This document shows, piece after piece, positions 53,027-64,000 of a DNA stretch of 64,000 bases. Source of the stretch: Octopus vulgaris (Eukaryota). Both the position numbers and the translations under genes were made by a program. Under the pieces are notes generated by a model, which made no database searches, had not been told where the DNA came from, and worked only from the letters and a program-made list of their open reading frames with translations. Location: assembly GCA_951406725.2 (NCBI GenBank), contig OX597823.1, positions 102,362,001-102,426,000 on the forward strand. Direction: 5' to 3'. Position 1 is the stretch's first letter. Every line of letters begins with the position of its first letter.

Positions 53027-54587
53027 TTGCAGCCAAAATGTTCAGAACGGCATTGTTTTCGTCAGAAAAGTTGGTATAAGTTTTTATCAAAACTGTTTTA
53101 TATTCTATAATTGTCACAGACAATAAATACGATATTAGTTGTTATTGTCTGAGATTTTGGTGTAATTTGAGAGGATAATACAAAAGTTATGGATGATTTA
53201 GTGATTTCCTGCAAGACCCATGGCAGCCAAAATGATCTGAACGTTTGAAAAAATAACAAAATAATCAAAAATGACAGAGAATACTGGAATTATTTAATAT
53301 TTAGTGTGAATCCCTTTAGCTTCAATCACACTTTGACATCTTCAACTGCATGAGGAAATTAAATTTTCAATTTCTTGCTGGGTGATCTTATTCCATTCTT
53401 CCTGAAGGGCATTCCATAATTTTTCGGTTGTTTTAGGATTTCTGGCTTTCGAACATTCTCCTAGAATATTCCACACATTTTCAATAGGATTGAGATCTGG
53501 GCTTTGAGCAAGCCAATCCATAACAATAACCTTTTCAGCCTTGAGGAAGTTCATGACCACCTTAGCCTTGTGACATGGGGCATTGTCCTGCATGAATATG
53601 GGTGGTTGCTTAGTTGAATTTCTCAGCACAGGCAAGACATGATCTTTTACAAGTTGTTTATAAACTCCTGCATTTACCTTTCCATGTAATCGCACCAAAG
53701 GGCCCACACCATCTCCAGATATCATCCCCCAAACCATGACACTTCCTCCACCGAATTTAACACTAGTCTTAAGGCATTTAGGCGACAATTTTTCACCTAC
53801 TTTTCAACGGACGTACCTTTTCCCATCTGAGCCAAATAACATAAACTTAGATTCATCACTGAAATGCACCGTTTGCCATTTTTCTTGAGACCACAACACA
53901 TGTTCGGTTGCAAAAGTAAGACGACACTTTTTATTCTTGGAACTGATCAGTGGCTTCACTGCAGGTGCTCTTGCTTGTAGGTCATGTTCAACTAAACGAC
54001 AAGACAGTTTTTCGAGATAAAGTTTTCTTCAATACAATGCTCATTTCCTGAGAAACAGCAGCAGCAGTTTTAAATCTGTCCTTTTTAACCAACTTTACCA
54101 TAGCACGATCTTCTCTCTTGGTCATTTTTTTTTGGCCTACCTGTAGACTTTCTTGCTTCACACGAATCACAATCATCGTGAACAACACTTTTTGACTTGT
54201 TAACAATCTTTGCAATAGACCCAATACTTAAATTATCCTTCTTTCGAAGTTTAATAATCTGCGGACAAATTGGTAACGGAGTAAGTGGCAGTATATTAAC
54301 AAAGTACACTGCAGATATTCTTACTAATGTTTAGTAAACGAACCGTCACGTAAACAAATTCAAAACATTAGAGTTCGCCGGCTAAATATACTAAAACACA
54401 GAGTAAAAGCAACTGTTCTGATCATTTTGGCCGCCATGGGTTTTGCAGTAAATCACTAAATCATCCATAACTTTTGTATAATCCTCTCAAATTACACCAT
54501 TATAGAATATAAAACAACTTTGATAAAAAAATTATACCTACTTTTCTGACGAAAACAATGCCGTTCTGAACATTTTGGCCACAACTG
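53024..54587 (-). mobile_element. Tc1 (DD34E) transposon of IR/DR type, inserted in the (TA)n of a SINE (52745-54710)
   Basis: TA|CAGTTG...CAACTG|TA; long imperfect TIRs (53024-~53243 and ~54415-54587), each with two GCCAAAATG(T/A)TC(A/T)GAAC repeats. Confidence 0.95.
53294..54300 (-). pseudogene. Tc1 transposase pseudogene
   Basis: HTH-like N-terminus, VHFSDESKF, KFGGGSVMVWG, FMQDNAPCH, SPDLNPIENVW (34 residues between D and E); frameshifts and in-frame TGA stops. Confidence 0.92.
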
Positions 54588-55742
54588 TATACTACCAAAT
54601 TCACTCACAAGGCTTTGGTTGGGCCAAGGCTATAGTAGAAGACACTTGCCCAAGGTGCCAGAACCATGTGGTTGGTGAGCAAGCTACTTACCACACAGCC
54701 ACTCCTGCACTGATGTGAAACATAGACTGACTTTGTTTATTGAACCAAACAATAGTTTAAAAGCGTGTCTCTCTACTTCAAGTTCAAAATGAAAAGGAGA
54801 GCGAGGGAGAGAGAGAGAATGAGAGAAACATTAAAATTTCTGATGTGAAATAAATCATTGTCAAATCAGCAATGCCAAAATGTCTTGTACACTCTGAGGC
54901 AATGACTACTGACTGAGATCTTTAGAAATATGCTGTGCGTGAGAAGACCCTGCAAGCCAAGTTATCATAACCTCGTGGCCTATGCCAGGGGTGTAACCAG
55001 CCCACTTATGCATACCTTTCCTTCATTGGACACTAAACTCTGCTTGCGAAGACCTGTTGAGTCAAGTGAAACCAAAATCAAATTCGATGACTGGCATCTA
55101 TGCTAGTGGAGCGCTGAGAGCACCATCTGAGCATGATCGTTACCAGTGTCACCTTACTGGCACTTGTGCTGGTGGCATGTGAAAAAACATTCGAGCAAGG
55201 TCATTGCCAGTGCCACTGGACTGGCTCCTGTGCAGGTTGCACATAAAAAAACACCATTTGAGCATGGCCGTTGCCAGAACCGCCTGACTGGCGTTCGTGC
55301 CAGTGGCACGTAAAAGAACTCACTACACTCTTGGAGTGGTTGGCGTTAGGAAGGGCATCCAGCTGTAGAAACCCTGCCAGATCAGATTGGAGCCTGGTGC
55401 AGCCTTCTGGTTTGCCAGTCCTCAGTCAAACCGTCCAACCCATGCTATCATGGAAAGCTGACGTTAAACGATGATGATGATGATACATATATATACATAT
55501 ATCTTTCTTTAGCAAATGATGTAAACATTCAGAAGAAAGCTGAAATATAGAAGCTTCTCTATAAAAATATCTTGTGTGATATTTACTCTGCTGAGTTAGA
55601 AAATTTTTGATTCCCTCTCACCATCAGATATACAGTGGACCAATGATTTGTCTCTTGGAATGGTGTGGGGATTTTTCATTTTTGTACTTTTTTTTTTAAT
55701 GAATCAACTTGAACTAAATGTTTACTGTAATTTCTTCTGCAG

Positions 55743-55917
55743 AAACAATATCAGAGGATCATATCTCTTCAATTCATTTGAACTCTCAGGATGTAGTTTG
55801 GGTTACCAAGTGGGTGGACTACACGAATAAATATGGTTTCGGCTTCCAGCTATCTGACAATTCTATTGGAGTGTTTTTCAATGACACTTCACGAATTGTC
55901 ATTGCACCAGACCAAAG
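55743..55917 (+). CDS. PLK2/3: Polo-like kinase exon (polo box 1)
   Basis: ttcttctgcag|AA...AG|gtaatt; 175 nt, phase 1/2; [41 protein letters not shown]. Confidence 0.95.
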
Positions 55918-56766
55918 GTAATTACATTCATTATATTTAGAAGTTTAGTAAAAAAAAATTTTTTATTAAAATAAACAACAGATCTCATTGTAAAAGATTT
56001 TAAAAAATGGGAATTTTTCTTTCACTTATTTCATAACAGTAAATGAGACAATTTACTTGCAAATAGTTTTAATGATAACAGTTTGAGGACTTCTTTTTTC
56101 CTTTTTATTGACATCATTATTGTGTGGGAAATTTCATTGTTAAGACAAGTGCAAGATAAAATGTAATCATTTTCATCATATTAATTGTTATTTTAAAATA
56201 AGATAAATTCATTCTTCTTGTAATTCTTTGAGACATATATAGCTTGACACTTTGGTCATTAACTTCTGTAACACTTATGTGTACGTGTCTTATAAGAATG
56301 TGTTGCTTGTACAACAGCTGACCTTCTTTCTCATGAAAGAGCTGCATCTGTATACACTCAGTTTGCTAAAAATAGTAGCCATTGCCTTTCATACTTTCAG
56401 GGTCAATAAAATAAGTTCCAGTTGGGCCTTGGGGTCAATGCAAACAACTTAACCTCTCTCCCAGGATTGCTGGCGCTGCACCAAAATTTGAATCCAACAT
56501 ATCATCCCACTTTGCTTTAAGTTTAACCTCATGGCTTGATGTTGCTGTATGGTGTTATCTTTATTCTGAGTAGAGTAAAAGCATTCATTAATTGGCAGTT
56601 GTTGTTCATGGTGGTGGTGGTGGGGTTGATGGGAGTACTGCTGTTACAGCTCAGCCACTGGTCAAACTTCATTGACCATTGGCTGTCACCATACCATCTT
56701 TTTAGATGTATCTAGAACTGTACGTAATGTTTCCTTCCTTTTGTAAAACAGTGGGATGTGAATTAA

Positions 56767-56987
56767 CCCTTTAGTGTTCACATTATTCTACCAAAATTAA
56801 TCTTTTTTTATCCAAATTGTTTTGAATTAATCATGCATTATCTTGTAGCTATGAGATTTTGATGAGGAAGCTGTTAATTTTTAAAACAATATTGTAGGGT
56901 TGGTGTGAGAGACCAGATCTGGCCAGTTTGAACATAAAACAGGCAGAATACTTCTGGCTGGATATAACCGGTTTAAATGCTAATGGG
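56767..56987. mobile_element. piggyBac-like MITE
   Basis: TTAA|CCCTTTAG...CTAATGGG|TTAA. Confidence 0.75.
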
Positions 56988-58159
56988 TTAAGGCTGATTT
57001 GCCTGTTACTTCAAGCAAGCCAAGCAACCATTTTGGAGGTTCAATCTATTATGCAAATTTGTTGCTGTTGTTGTTGTTAAGTGGCAACACCAACCTCTGC
57101 TCAAGTGGACGTATGGCATTTTGAGAACTCATCAAACATTTAGTGGCAGTCAACTCAGAAGACTTTGGCCAACTTGGAGTTATGGGAGAAGAGACTTGCC
57201 AAGGTGCTACACAGTGGAATCAAACCAAAATACTTTGTCGCAAAGCGAATTTTTTAAACCTAGCAGCCATACCTGTTGCATCTAAGAAGGAAATATTTGT
57301 TTCATTGGCACAAAACTCTGTGTTTGAGAAGAAGAGCTATCTTCAGGGTAGTACTGGTTATTAATTAAACTTAATTTTTATCTATCATTAGTTTTATTTA
57401 ATCAATCTGAGGAAGAATAAAGACTTTTCAAGAATTGAACTCAGGATCATCATCATCATCATTATTGTCATCATCATTTTTAAAGTCCACTTTTCCATGC
57501 TTTTGTTGAGGCACATTTTCTACATCTTTCCTGTCGCTAACCCTCATCTGGTCCCAAGTAAGGTAACATTTCCCCATGACCAGACAGGTTTTCACAGAAC
57601 ATTGGAAATGAAGAACACCACTTGCATGATGATGACATTTGTTTACGACTCTCATGCAATGCTAAGTCAAAGAAACACACACACACATATATATAAAACA
57701 GGGCTATAGTAGAAGAGACTTACCCAAGGTGCCATAGAGTGGGGTTGAATCTGAAACCCTGATGTTGGGAAGCAAACTTCTTATCACACAACCAAACTGT
57801 TGAACATAATGTGCCAGCTTTAGTGAGCTGCCTGAGAGAAAATTTAAGTAATCCTCTGATTATAGGATATTAAATGTAATCCCTTATTGCGTAACATCTG
57901 CATGAATTAGGACTGTTCAAGCAGAGCAGACCTGGAGGGGACACAATGTAGTGAATCTGCTTGCATCAGGACCCTGTCAGTACTGGAATATGGGAAAACT
58001 TCAAAACACTGCAGAATTCAATCTATTTTCCCAAACAGAATCATGGAAAATAAAGTAACTTGAGTAAAGTTGGGATTTAGTTGAAGACTTTTTGATTGAA
58101 AGAAAAACAAAAGAACATTTAAAACTGTTACAACCAGATACAAATCTTGAATCAGACCA

Positions 58160-58995
58160 TAATAATTCTTTCTACTTAGAGGCACAAGGCCTGAAATTTG
58201 GAGTAAAGCGGTTAGTCAATTACATCATCCCTAGTGCTTAACTGGCACTTATTTCATTGACCCCTAAAGAATAAAGGGCAAAGTTAACCTCGGTAGAACT
58301 TGAACTCAGAATATAGAGACATGAAATGTCACGAAGCATTTTCTTCAGCATGCTAATGATTCTGCGAGCTTACTACCTTAAGTCTAGGTGTAATAATCCT
58401 TTCCACTATAGGCACAAGGCCTGAAATTTTAGTCAAGGGTTCTAGTCAATCATATGAACCCCAGTGCTTGACATGTACTTATTTTATTGCCCTTGAAAGG
58501 TTAAAAGGCAAAGCTGATCTCGGCAGAATTTGAACTCAGAATGTAAAGACTGGTGAAATGCCGCTAATCGTTTTGCCTTAAGTCTAGGTGTAATAATGGT
58601 TTCAAATTTTGCCACAAGGGTAGCAATTTGTGGGGAGAGGATAAATTGATTACATTGACCCCAGTGTTCAACTGGTACTTATTTTATCAACCCCGAAAGG
58701 ATGAAAGGTAAAGTCAACCTTAGTGGAATTTGAACTCAGAAGGCAGCAACAAGCAAAATACCTATTTCTTTACTACCCACAAGGGGCTAAACACAGAGAG
58801 GACAAACAAGGACAAACGGATTAAGTCGATTACATTGACCTCCAGTGTGTAACTGGTACCTATTTAATCAACCCTGAAAGGATGAAAGGCAAAGTCAACC
58901 TCGGCGGAATTTGAACTCAGAACATAACAGCAGACGATATATGGCTACGCATTTCACCCGGCGTGCTAACGTTTCTGCCAACTCACCACCTTCAA
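58160..58995 (-). mobile_element. Stack of four same-orientation SINEs
   Basis: Four GAATTTGAACTCAGAA-type cores; CCTTAAGTCTAGGTGTAATAAT duplicated at 58376-58397 and 58576-58597. Confidence 0.8.
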
Positions 58996-59759
58996 ATCTA
59001 AGTATTAAAAGAAAAGAAGTATTTAACAGGTGATAATTCTGTAAAAATGGATGCTAAAATATTTGTTGAAGATGTTCAAATAGGGAAAAGAAAAGAAAAA
59101 AACATACAAATGAAAAAAATTGGCAGTTAAAAACTTAAAGCTTTGTGTACAAGATATAAATAAAGAAATTCAACATACTAAATATAGATAACCAAGTGAA
59201 AATAGATACTAAAATATGTCATTATGACTAATATCAGAAATATTTTTTCCTTTGTTAAGTTGAACATGTCAGACAAGTTGTTGTAAAATGGGTGGGGAAA
59301 AGTAATACTATAGTCTTTTTATATGATGATGATATATATGTGTACACACACACACACACATACACACACATATATATATAAAGGTTAAAGGGTAAAGACC
59401 CCCTTTGATCATGAATGACCATTGGATTGCACCTAGAAAGTTCCCCTCCAAGGCATAAGTCCAGACAAGGTTGTTTATGAAAGGCCAGCAGTTGCCCATG
59501 CATACCAGTCTCCCGTCTCCATGCCACCAATGTTATCCAAGGGTTTCCTTTGGATAACATTGGTGGTGTTATCCAAGCAAAGGCTGATACAGCTTGGCAC
59601 CAGTGACTTTGCAACTCCTTTCTACAGCTAAGTGAAATGGAGCAATGTGAAATAAAGTGCCTTGTTCAAGAACAAAACACCATGACCTGGTCCAGGAATA
59701 AAACTCACTACCTCATCATGATTGTGAGCCCAATGCATTAACCACTGAGTCATGCACCT

Positions 59760-59829
<70 letters not shown>

Positions 59830-59854
59830 CATACATACATATATATATATATAC

Positions 59855-60950
59855 TCAAAATAAGCAACAAGAATATCTTCAGTAATTTGGTACGATCGTT
59901 TCACGTTACATCATTTGTATATTAAATAGTATAAATTCTATGTCCCTAAGGAAACTACTCAGTTCATCTTGATTACCTCACTTCCATTTCTTAATATATC
60001 ATTAACCCCGGATATTTTTACCTAACTGATTAGCTTTTCTCCACAGGTAGTAAATATTATGTCTATCAGATTCTTTAATTTAATTCATTAATAACATTTC
60101 ACCATCTACTAAACCTAAGAAAATTACTCATCTTGATTACTCCTCTTCCATTTTTTCTAATATATATAATTGACCCCTAATATATTCATTTTATTATAAA
60201 GAATTTTGTCCACGGTTATTGATAGATTTTTTCTCCAAAATTAATAAATATTAGATTTATAATTTCTCCTTTAATCCAACATATCAAAATAATCAACACC
60301 TACTAGCTAAGTATAAAGCTGATGTATATAAGTGTAAAGGAATCTCTATAACTTTTTGGTATATAGATGGTCATTGTGACCATCTAGCATAGACCTAGTT
60401 TTCTTGATACAAAATCTGTTTGCCAAATAGCAATAAACAACATCTAAGGCATTATAATCTCCTTTCTACTTTAATTTCTTTAGAAATAACTTCTGACATT
60501 TATTTCACCCCTACTTCTATAAATAGAAAACCTCTTTTATCTCCATTCAACTGAATATCCTTCCCCACCTTCTAGCAGTTCAAAATAACTTAAAGAATAT
60601 TCTTCTGTCAGAAGATAAATTCTATTACCTTAATGTTCTTAAAATTTAAATCGACATCTCTGTCTATATATCTACCTTCTTTATAATGTTATCAATTAAT
60701 ATGAAAATATGTATTAATGGAAAACCTCTATAAATGGCTGATGATTGCTCAACATTTTAAAACTGTTATAATACTTACAATGTTTAATAAAATGATGTAG
60801 CGTGAAATGATCGTACCAAATTACCGAAGATATTTTTGTTGCTTATTTTGATTATAATCACCCAATGGATTTATATGGATAACACCATACAAAATTCTGG
60901 TGCATCTAACTTAAGTACCATATTCATTTGAATCTAAATTTTGCTGAACT
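59855..60950 (+). mobile_element. Decayed Penelope-like element with a hammerhead-bearing terminal repeat and an inverted partial copy at its 5' end
   Basis: 59855-59916 is the reverse complement of ~60790-60851; weak GIY-YIG-region remnants on + (YKADVY at 60312, EDKFYYL at ~60611). Confidence 0.6.
60735..60818 (+). ncRNA. Type I hammerhead motif with long stem II
   Basis: UGG-CUGAUGA-[long imperfect hairpin]-GAAA-U GAUC GUA^CCA; the inverted copy keeps GAAAC; palindromic loop III. Confidence 0.62.
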
Positions 60951-60961
60951 TATATATATAT

Positions 60962-61100
60962 ACAAGTTCTGATCAATCAGTGTCCGGAATGTTGCCATAG
61001 TAATGAAGCTAAAGCACGCAGAGTGAAGCCACTCGGCACAGACTGACCTTGAACTCTGCTGTGCATGAGCACTAAGTTTTAACGTTCTATCTCACTTCTG
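60962..61100 (+). mobile_element. Mariner-like 5' terminal fragment
   Basis: After (TA)n, the terminus CAAGTTCTGATCAATCAGTGTCCGGA resembles mariner TIRs; no partner end seen. Confidence 0.4.
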
Positions 61101-61399
61101 CATTGGTCATCCTGGGTAACTGAACCCAAAACCAAGAGGTTGCAAAGTGAACTTCTTAACCACACAACCATATCTGTCTATATATATGTATGGGTGCAGG
61201 TGTGGCTATGTGGTAAAAAGCTTTCTTGCTAACCACATGATTTCAGGTTCAGTCCCAGTGTAAGGCACCTTGGGTTAGTGTCTTTTACTATAGCCCCGGG
61301 CCTGCCAAAGCATTGTGAGTGGATTTGGTTGACAGAAACTGAAAGAAACCCATCAGATATATGTATGTATGCATGTATGTAAGTATGTATGTATATATG

Positions 61400-61602
<203 letters not shown>

Positions 61603-61679
61603 TAATATGTAATAAATGAGAGTCAATATTGAATATTGTTTGTTTTGGATGAGTATATGGGTTTTTGCAGGTATTTATT

Positions 61680-62110
61680 TGGCAGTCTTATATATTGTAT
61701 ATTTAGTGTATCTTTGTACTCATCTAAATTTGTATCTTATGTTATTTATTAATAAACCTATTCATTTACTTACATTTGGCTTTATACATATTAGCAGTCT
61801 TATATATTTAGTCTATATTTGTACTCATCTTGATTTGTGCTTTATGTTATTTATCTATATATTTATTCATTTATCTATAGGTAAATATTTACATAATAGT
61901 AGCCTGGATACTAAGTTTATATATGTACCCTTTTCAATTATATTTTCATTTTATTTTATGTTATTTATCTATCTATCTATTCTTTTATGCATATGTGGAT
62001 ATACACATATTAGCAGTACTATATATTAGGTGTACCTTTGTATTTATCTTAATTTGTTTTCTATGGTATTTATCTATTTATTTATTCATTTATTTATTTA
62101 TATGTAGATA
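61680..62110. repeat. Degenerate ~110-bp AT-rich tandem repeat
   Basis: The unit GCAGTCTTATATATT...TGTACTCATCT...TTATGTTATTTAT recurs at ~61682, ~61794, ~61900 and ~62013. Confidence 0.6.
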
Positions 62111-63084
62111 TATACATACATATCCATTATTTATTATTGACTTATATATATATGTATACAAGCTTTTACTTATATTTTCATTTTAATTTTAATTATTTCA
62201 TCTTATTTTATTTTATTACATTTTAATTTTAAGTATAATTAATTTAATTTTTGCTATTTACTTATATACTATTTATTGGTAAGTCCTCCACTGATATTAT
62301 TTAATGCTAAATCCTGTTAATTATTATATATGTATTTATGTGTCCACTGATGCTTATAAATATATATATATATAAGTACTACGAATGTTTACACGCACAT
62401 CATATGTGAAAATATATGGTGTATGTGTATGTCTGTTGTTACACATGAGTATACATATGGACATGTAGATGTGAGTGTAATTCTATTAGTTCGTTGGTGA
62501 GGGTTTAAATAGAAAAATATTAGTATTGTAATAACATTGGATTTATTACATAGGGATGCTATCTGTTTATGCTATAAGAAGTTATTTTGATTATATATCT
62601 TAGAATATTAGCGTATTTTGACTTCTTACAATTAATCTCTTATAATTTAATTATTATAAACCGTTGTTAACTTAGTATATATATATTTTTATGTCTTTTG
62701 ATAGTCAAACAGAAATGGGTATTCTATACTTTATAATTTAGCGAATGTTTGAATAAAGCATAGCGGTTAAGTTAGCGGACTTTTTAGTTATAAAATATTA
62801 TGTTTACGAAAATATGGTGTCATATGAATTATGTACCTTATGAAATATTACATTCTCTATCTGGATATAATTATATGTATGTTTGCATTTACTGTTTTAT
62901 GGAAATATGTGAGTGGATCTACTTAGTTAATACCACGGCCATGGTATCGTTTGGGGTGGCTTGATATCTGCATGCACGTATGTGCAATCAGTTGGGTTCC
63001 TCTGTTTTGCATGTGTATAGTTGCGATTCTACCTCTTATATTATTTATTTATTTATTTATGATTTGGCTGTCTATGTGGCTATG

Positions 63085-63345
63085 TATGTGTGTATGTGTG
63101 TAGGTGTGTGTGTGTGTATACATATAACTAGGTATGTATGTGCGCACGATCTGTGGATGTGCGTGTACGTGTGTGTATGTGTGTGGGTGTGTGTGTGTGT
63201 GTATACATATAACTAGGTATGTATGTGCGCACGATCTGTGGATGTGCGTGTACGTGTGTGTATGTGTGTGGGTGTGTGTGTGTGTGTATACATATAACTA
63301 TGTATGTATGTGCGCATGATCTGTGGATGTGCGTGTGCGTATGTA
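63085..63345. repeat. 85-bp tandem repeat, about 3 copies
   Basis: TATACATATAACTA at 63117, 63202 and 63287. Confidence 0.92.
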
Positions 63346-63817
63346 TGTTTCTTGGCTAACTAACCGTAAAATTTCCATTGTGATTCAAATTTAAAACTAT
63401 AAGCCAATCGAATCTATCTATGAAAATCAATACCAAGCGGACAGATGAATTCGACTTATTGAGTATATATGTGGATGTCCGCTTGCTTTACATGGTACAA
63501 TCATGCTTGTTATTATTATTATTATTATTAATATTAATATTAATTTTATTGACTTTTTGTGTGGTTATACATTTTAATAGACTGGACTGTTAAATATATA
63601 TGCCTGCTTGAAATTTAAATGTGAGTGTACATGTATTTCCTTGATGTTGGTTATAGAACTATGAGTTCAATATGGAACATTATTGTGTTTGTTAATGTAT
63701 ATTGATATATATTGTTTATATTGTATTATTGTGTATATATATATGTGTAGAATTATGAGTGTCTATGCACACATTTTTATATTTATATGTAAATGTTTTT
63801 CATACTTACATTAAATT

Positions 63818-63926
63818 CTCTGAAGAGGCCGTGAGACATTCTTGTTAATGTCCCATTTATACCTGCTTTATATGGCTAATAGGTTAAATGGGACATACCT
63901 GTCTTCACGGCCGAAACAGCTGTCAG
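63818..63926 (+). ncRNA. Type I hammerhead motif with very long structured stem II
   Basis: CU-CUGAAGA-GGCCGUGA...(inner AUGUCCCAUUUA/UAAAUGGGACAU)...UCACGGCC-GAAA-C AGCU GUC^AG; stem I is only 2 bp. Confidence 0.72.
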
Positions 63927-64000
63927 CTACAATGTAATTGTATTTTCTATTTCTATTTCTATGTCTAGTTATATTTGTAATATATTATGTATAATGTCTT

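Noticed and set aside
60040-60110. Acceptor-like ttttctccacag as a possible next polo-box exon
   Set aside because: The downstream frames show no polo-box similarity and close quickly; the site lies within the decayed Penelope-like element.

Overview
AT-rich, microsatellite-dense animal genomic DNA. The repeat repertoire resembles that of octopus/coleoid cephalopods, which is an inference from family resemblance. The one host gene is a + strand Polo-like kinase of the PLK2/3 type. Eight phase-compatible GT-AG exons lie at 21527-55917 (kinase domain, linker, start of polo box 1); the first and last exons were not found in the window. The introns hold tRNA-derived SINEs, RTE-clade LINE fragments, several Helitrons (one with a RepHel fragment), a decayed IR/DR Tc1 element, mariner remnants and piggyBac/hAT-like MITEs. 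The most notable unannotated signal is a set of sequence-unrelated type I hammerhead-ribozyme motifs of the minimal Penelope-like/retrozyme kind. Most are tied to fold-back inversions and lie on the sense strand of the kinase pre-mRNA. One has a G3:C8 compensatory core swap, and one sits downstream of a tRNA-like Pol III head. Most ORFs in the supplied track are microsatellite translations.
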